Shown here: positions 60,601 to 64,000 of the stretch, piece by piece
How the letters are laid out: each line of letters starts with the position of its first letter
Position numbering within the stretch: the stretch's first letter is position 1
From: Saccostrea cucullata
Taxonomy: Eukaryota
DNA length: 64,000 bases
Direction: 5' to 3'
Assembly: GCF_032062105.1 (NCBI RefSeq)
Contig: NW_026930475.1
Span: 124,001 to 188,000, forward strand
Made by a program: the position numbers and the translations under genes
The notes under the pieces: generated by a model
What the model was told of the DNA's origin: nothing
The model's database searches: none
What the model saw: only the letters and a program-made list of their open reading frames with translations

Positions 60601-63600
60601 CCAAAAATGGCTTTTTAAACCAAGAAAGACCACATAACTTTATAAAATTGCTTTTACCATTAAAGCCTTATTATTTGATTAGGCACAGGCCAGTCTCATC
60701 TGAGATAAGTGTTTGTAAATATCAGGTTTATTATTTTTTTCATTACTTTATATCTAAGCTGGTATTATAAATTTATCTTTGTTTATTGACAGGATCCCAC
60801 AAGTTCTCTGATTCAGCTGTCTGAGGCAAGTGGTATGGCCCAGAGGTTCTATTCCTTGTCTCTGGGTCAAGGTCAAGCCCCCATAGCAACCAGAATGATC
60901 AAGCAAGGTGTTAGAGAGGTAAGGTTATCTATCAGTCATAAAACAGTTGGATATATTGTACAAGTCATTGATACATTGAACACCTGAGTACATTGTCTGC
61001 CAGTGAGACTGACTTTTGTTTATATGTAGGGTAACTGGGTGTTCCTGGCTAACTGCCACCTGTCCCTGTCCTGGATGCCACAATTAGATAAGCTGGTGGA
61101 GCAGCTGCAGGTGGAGGACCCCCACCCTGAGTTCCGTCTGTGGCTCAGCAGCAGCCCCCACCCCGACTTCCCCATCTCCATCCTACAGACTGGAATCAAA
61201 ATGACAACAGAACCACCAAAGGTAAACACTAGACTTATACAGGATTGTAGTCAGGGAGTTTGAGATAATGATTAGCTTAATGTTGAAAGAAGAGAAAGAG
61301 ACCTGTAAAATATTGAAACAAAATTGGTTGATTTATGCCTCTGATATTGAAGCATACAAACAAACTTTTATAATTACTGTGTACACATATTAAAAGTGAC
61401 TTAATTAATTTCTAGGGATTGAAAGCCAACATGAAACGTCTGTATAACCTTATCACTGAGCCCCAGTTCCAGCGCTGCACGAAACAAGACAAATACAAGA
61501 AGCTGCTGTTCTGTCTCTGCTTCTTCCACTCTGTCCTGCTGGAGAGGAGAAAGTTCCTCATGCTGGGCTGGAACATTGCCTATGAATTTAATGACTCTGA
61601 CTTTGAGGTAACAAGAATTTTCATTAAATGCTAGGTCAACTTTACTGGTATAGTGTACAACCACTTATAGTGTCAGTGTTATTAGTGGTACCACCTATTG
61701 TAGTGTCAGTTTTATTATGTCACCATTGCATCCTGTACCACCAAATGTAGTGCCAACACTGATACTGGTACCACCATAGTGCCAGTATTTATTGAATGGT
61801 GGAGAAATAGTTCAGGCATCATATGAATTAAATAAATTTTTGTGAAAACATATGTTGCCAGTATTCGCAAGGAAACAAATAAAATTTTGCATTCAGTATA
61901 TACATGTAAATTTCCTGGAAATTCTGTAGGTAGATGTTACATCAGTATTATTCACTAGTACTAAAGTGTATTTTGGACATGATATGTTGACAGGTATCTG
62001 AGAGCATCCTGAGTATTTACCTGGACGAGTATGAGGAGACTCCCTGGGAAGCCTTGAAGTACCTGATAGCTGGTATCAGCTACGGAGGCCACGTCACTGA
62101 CGACTGGGACAGGAGACTGCTTATGACCTACGTATCAGAGTTATTCCAGGACCAAGTCCTCTCTACGCCTTTCTACAAGTATGTTGTTACTCAATTTCAA
62201 AACTGTTACTTTTAATTGTTTCATGCAAGATTTGAATGTTGTACAGATTAAAGAAATTATATTAGCTTTGCATGAAAATAACTGCTTGGAATGGAATAGG
62301 TCAGAAAACCCCTGGCCCTATGTAAATTAACCCTGGTATTTCATCTCAAGGTTGACTATCTTTACAGAGTGTCCTCAGTGTCCACGTACTATGTACCAAA
62401 GGATGGACCCCTGTCCTCTTACAAGGAGTACGTCAGCATGCTTCCTAACGTAGACCCACCCGAGGCGTTCGGACAGCACCCTAATGCAGACATTCAGTCC
62501 CAGATCCAGGAGACCAGGATTTTGTTTAACACCCTCCTATCTCTACAGCCGCAAGTGTCGGCCGCAGGAGGGGGAGAGAGCAGGGAGGATAAGGTAACAA
62601 CTGGTCTTAGTGGCCCTGCATTCTTTCTATAACACTATAGTGTCTGGATGATATCTCATACCTTTTGTAGTGAAATTTTAAATCATTACCACATCTAGAT
62701 TTTGAGGTAAAAAGGAGAGGGTAAAAGAAATTTATATATTGTATAAAGTAGCTTTTAGATTGTAACTCAAGTTCTCTCTACAATTTTTGCATTAAAAATG
62801 TTTTAAACTTTAGTCCTTCTTTAAGTGGGGGCAAAATTTCCCTTGTTTAGCCAAAATATTTGAGATTAAAAAAAATCATAATTTTGAATGGTCATTTTGT
62901 TTTTTTAGGTTCTAGATCTGGCAGCTAACATCTTTAAACAGATTCCTGAGAATATTGACTATGACAACACAGCCAAGATCTTGTCCATAGACCCATCCCC
63001 TCTCAATGTGGTATTGTTACAAGAGGTCTGTACAAATTGTTAGCCTCAGTTGATTATCTGTGAATGTACCCAAAGGCATTATGAATATATATTGATGATA
63101 ACATCCCTGTTTACAGATTCAGCGATACAATGCCTTGTTGGTAGAGATCAGACAGTCTTTGACAGACTTGGAGAAAGGAATTCAGGGATTGGTCGTCATG
63201 ACTGTAGAACTAGAGAATATATTCCAGTGTATATTTGATGGCAATGTTCCTCCATCATGGTTGAAGGTATTCAAAGTCTCAGTAAAAGAGAGTTGCATCA
63301 TAGTATCAGAATACAGTATTTAAAGTAATTACATTTTTTCTATGTTGGCCCAGTGGATCCTATTGAAAATTGTGTGTTGTAGGCTTTCCCTTCACTGAAG
63401 CCCCTGGCAGCTTGGACAAGAGATCTGGTCCTGAGGGTGGAGCAGTTTGAGAAGTGGGCCCTGACGGCTCACCCTCCCACTATATTCTGGATGTCCGGAT
63501 TCACCTTCCCCACAGGCTTCCTTACTGCTGTACTCCAGACTTCAGCTCGATTGAACAGCGTAAGAATCTTTGTTTGTGTCTGTGATGTTAGTCATTGTGT

Positions 63601-63813
63601 AAAGACCTCATACCAATAAATAAAATTTGGAAATCTTTTCTTTTATGTTTGAAACTACATTGGCCAATTTGCAGAGTAATGTCTTGAAAGCAGACCTTAT
63701 GAAGGTTGTTAAGTATATTTATGTTTGGTTTATTTTAGGTATCTGTGGACTCGCTGTCCTGGGAATTCAGTGTGATGACTGTTGATGACTCCAACATCAC
63801 TGGACCTCCCAAG
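29332..63813 (+). CDS. DNAH2: Axonemal dynein heavy chain 2 (inner arm I1/f beta), about 76 coding exons, 3' end outside the window; AAA1 Walker-B segment missing in this sequence
   Basis: Continuous in-phase exon chain from ATG 29332 to exon 63739-63813. Tail motifs [29 protein letters not shown] and [17 protein letters not shown]; [17 protein letters not shown]; P-loops GPAGTGKT (45013-45036), [25 protein letters not shown]; stalk/MTBD ([16 protein letters not shown]); AAA5 and AAA6 ([17 protein letters not shown]). Confidence 0.92.
29944..31190. mobile_element. CAG-terminated TIR element with 5-bp TSD (hAT5-like)
   Basis: CAGAG|CAGTCTTC ... GAAGACTG|CAGAG; subterminal CATGCCC motifs at both ends. 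Confidence 0.65.
30289..30844. mobile_element. Mutator-like MITE with (CCCAAATGGA)n subterminal repeats, copy 2
   Basis: 9-bp TSD TCATGATCA at 30280-30288 and 30845-30853; TIR GGCGCGTCAATTTACCCAAATGG / CCATTTGGGTAAATCGACGCACC. Confidence 0.85.
32024..32193 (+). other. U12-type (minor spliceosome) GT-AG intron in DNAH2
   Basis: 5' site GTATCCTT at 32024; branch point TCCTTAAC at 32176-32183, about 10 nt before the AG at 32192-32193; no polypyrimidine tract; splicing restores WPDSIKND. Confidence 0.9.
45264..46281. mobile_element. piggyBac-type non-autonomous element in a DNAH2 intron
   Basis: TTAA|CCCCTTCCATGGCA ... TGCCATGTAAGGGG|TTAA (13/14 TIR match). Confidence 0.8.
45595..46105. mobile_element. 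HINE element with 156-bp-family monomers nested in the piggyBac-type element
   Basis: Reverse-complement relative of 2940-3965: TTTTTAGCTCTACTGGTCAGAGACCAG, (TGTC)n, about 3 monomers. Confidence 0.85.
51444..52405. mobile_element. PIF/Harbinger-type non-autonomous element
   Basis: TTA|CCCCCCGTTCACACA ... TGTGTGAACGGGGGG|TTA; CpG-rich interior with many TACG/CGTA motifs. Confidence 0.8.
58970..59114. mobile_element. Tc1/mariner MITE (family of 8471-8639)
   Basis: TA|CAGCAAAACTCG ... CGAGTTTTGCTG|TA. Confidence 0.75.
61645..61790. repeat. Degenerate ~30-bp minisatellite
   Basis: Recurring TAGTG(T/C)CA..GGTACCACC units, about 4-5 copies. Confidence 0.5.
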
Positions 63814-64000
63814 GTACCCATTACGTTCTGATAGTAACTCTTACAAATAAATTTGGGATTTCATTCTGGTTTAGGCCCAAAAAAAATAATCAATAGTTTC
63901 TCATGCACCGCCGCATCAGTTCAAAAACGGCCGCATTGATCAATTTTATTGACATATTGAGAAGGGAAATAACTCGATTTTCTATTTCTCCAAGTTGAGA

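Noticed and set aside
38762-61664. Minus-strand ORFs overlapping DNAH2 exons
   Set aside because: Antisense shadows of coding exons with no independent gene structure.

Overview
AT-rich, intron-dense animal genomic DNA, most likely a bivalve (oyster-like, inferred from Cg170-type satellite arrays inside Helentron/HINE-type elements). It holds three spliced genes that I reconstructed by eye. An importin-alpha of the KPNA3/KPNA4 clade (minus strand, 14 exons, about 515 aa, 4960-15596) sits head-to-head across 400 bp with a PELP1/Rix1 orthologue (plus strand, about 18 exons, 15997-27050). An axonemal dynein heavy chain, DNAH2, follows (plus strand, about 76 coding exons from 29332, running past the window end). 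Introns carry many non-autonomous DNA transposons, often nested. Main observations: (1) an unidentified ~365-nt multi-branched structured RNA candidate in importin-alpha intron 2; (2) the DNAH2 AAA1 Walker-B segment is absent from an otherwise intact gene; (3) a UGA-C plus hairpin readthrough candidate that would add a 44-aa tail ending in a CaaX box to importin-alpha; (4) a tandem duplication across a PELP1 splice acceptor that breaks simple in-frame splicing; (5) short pieces of nearby DNA copied into satellite monomers; (6) a U12-type intron in DNAH2. No searches or folding programs were run, and coordinates may be off by a few bases.
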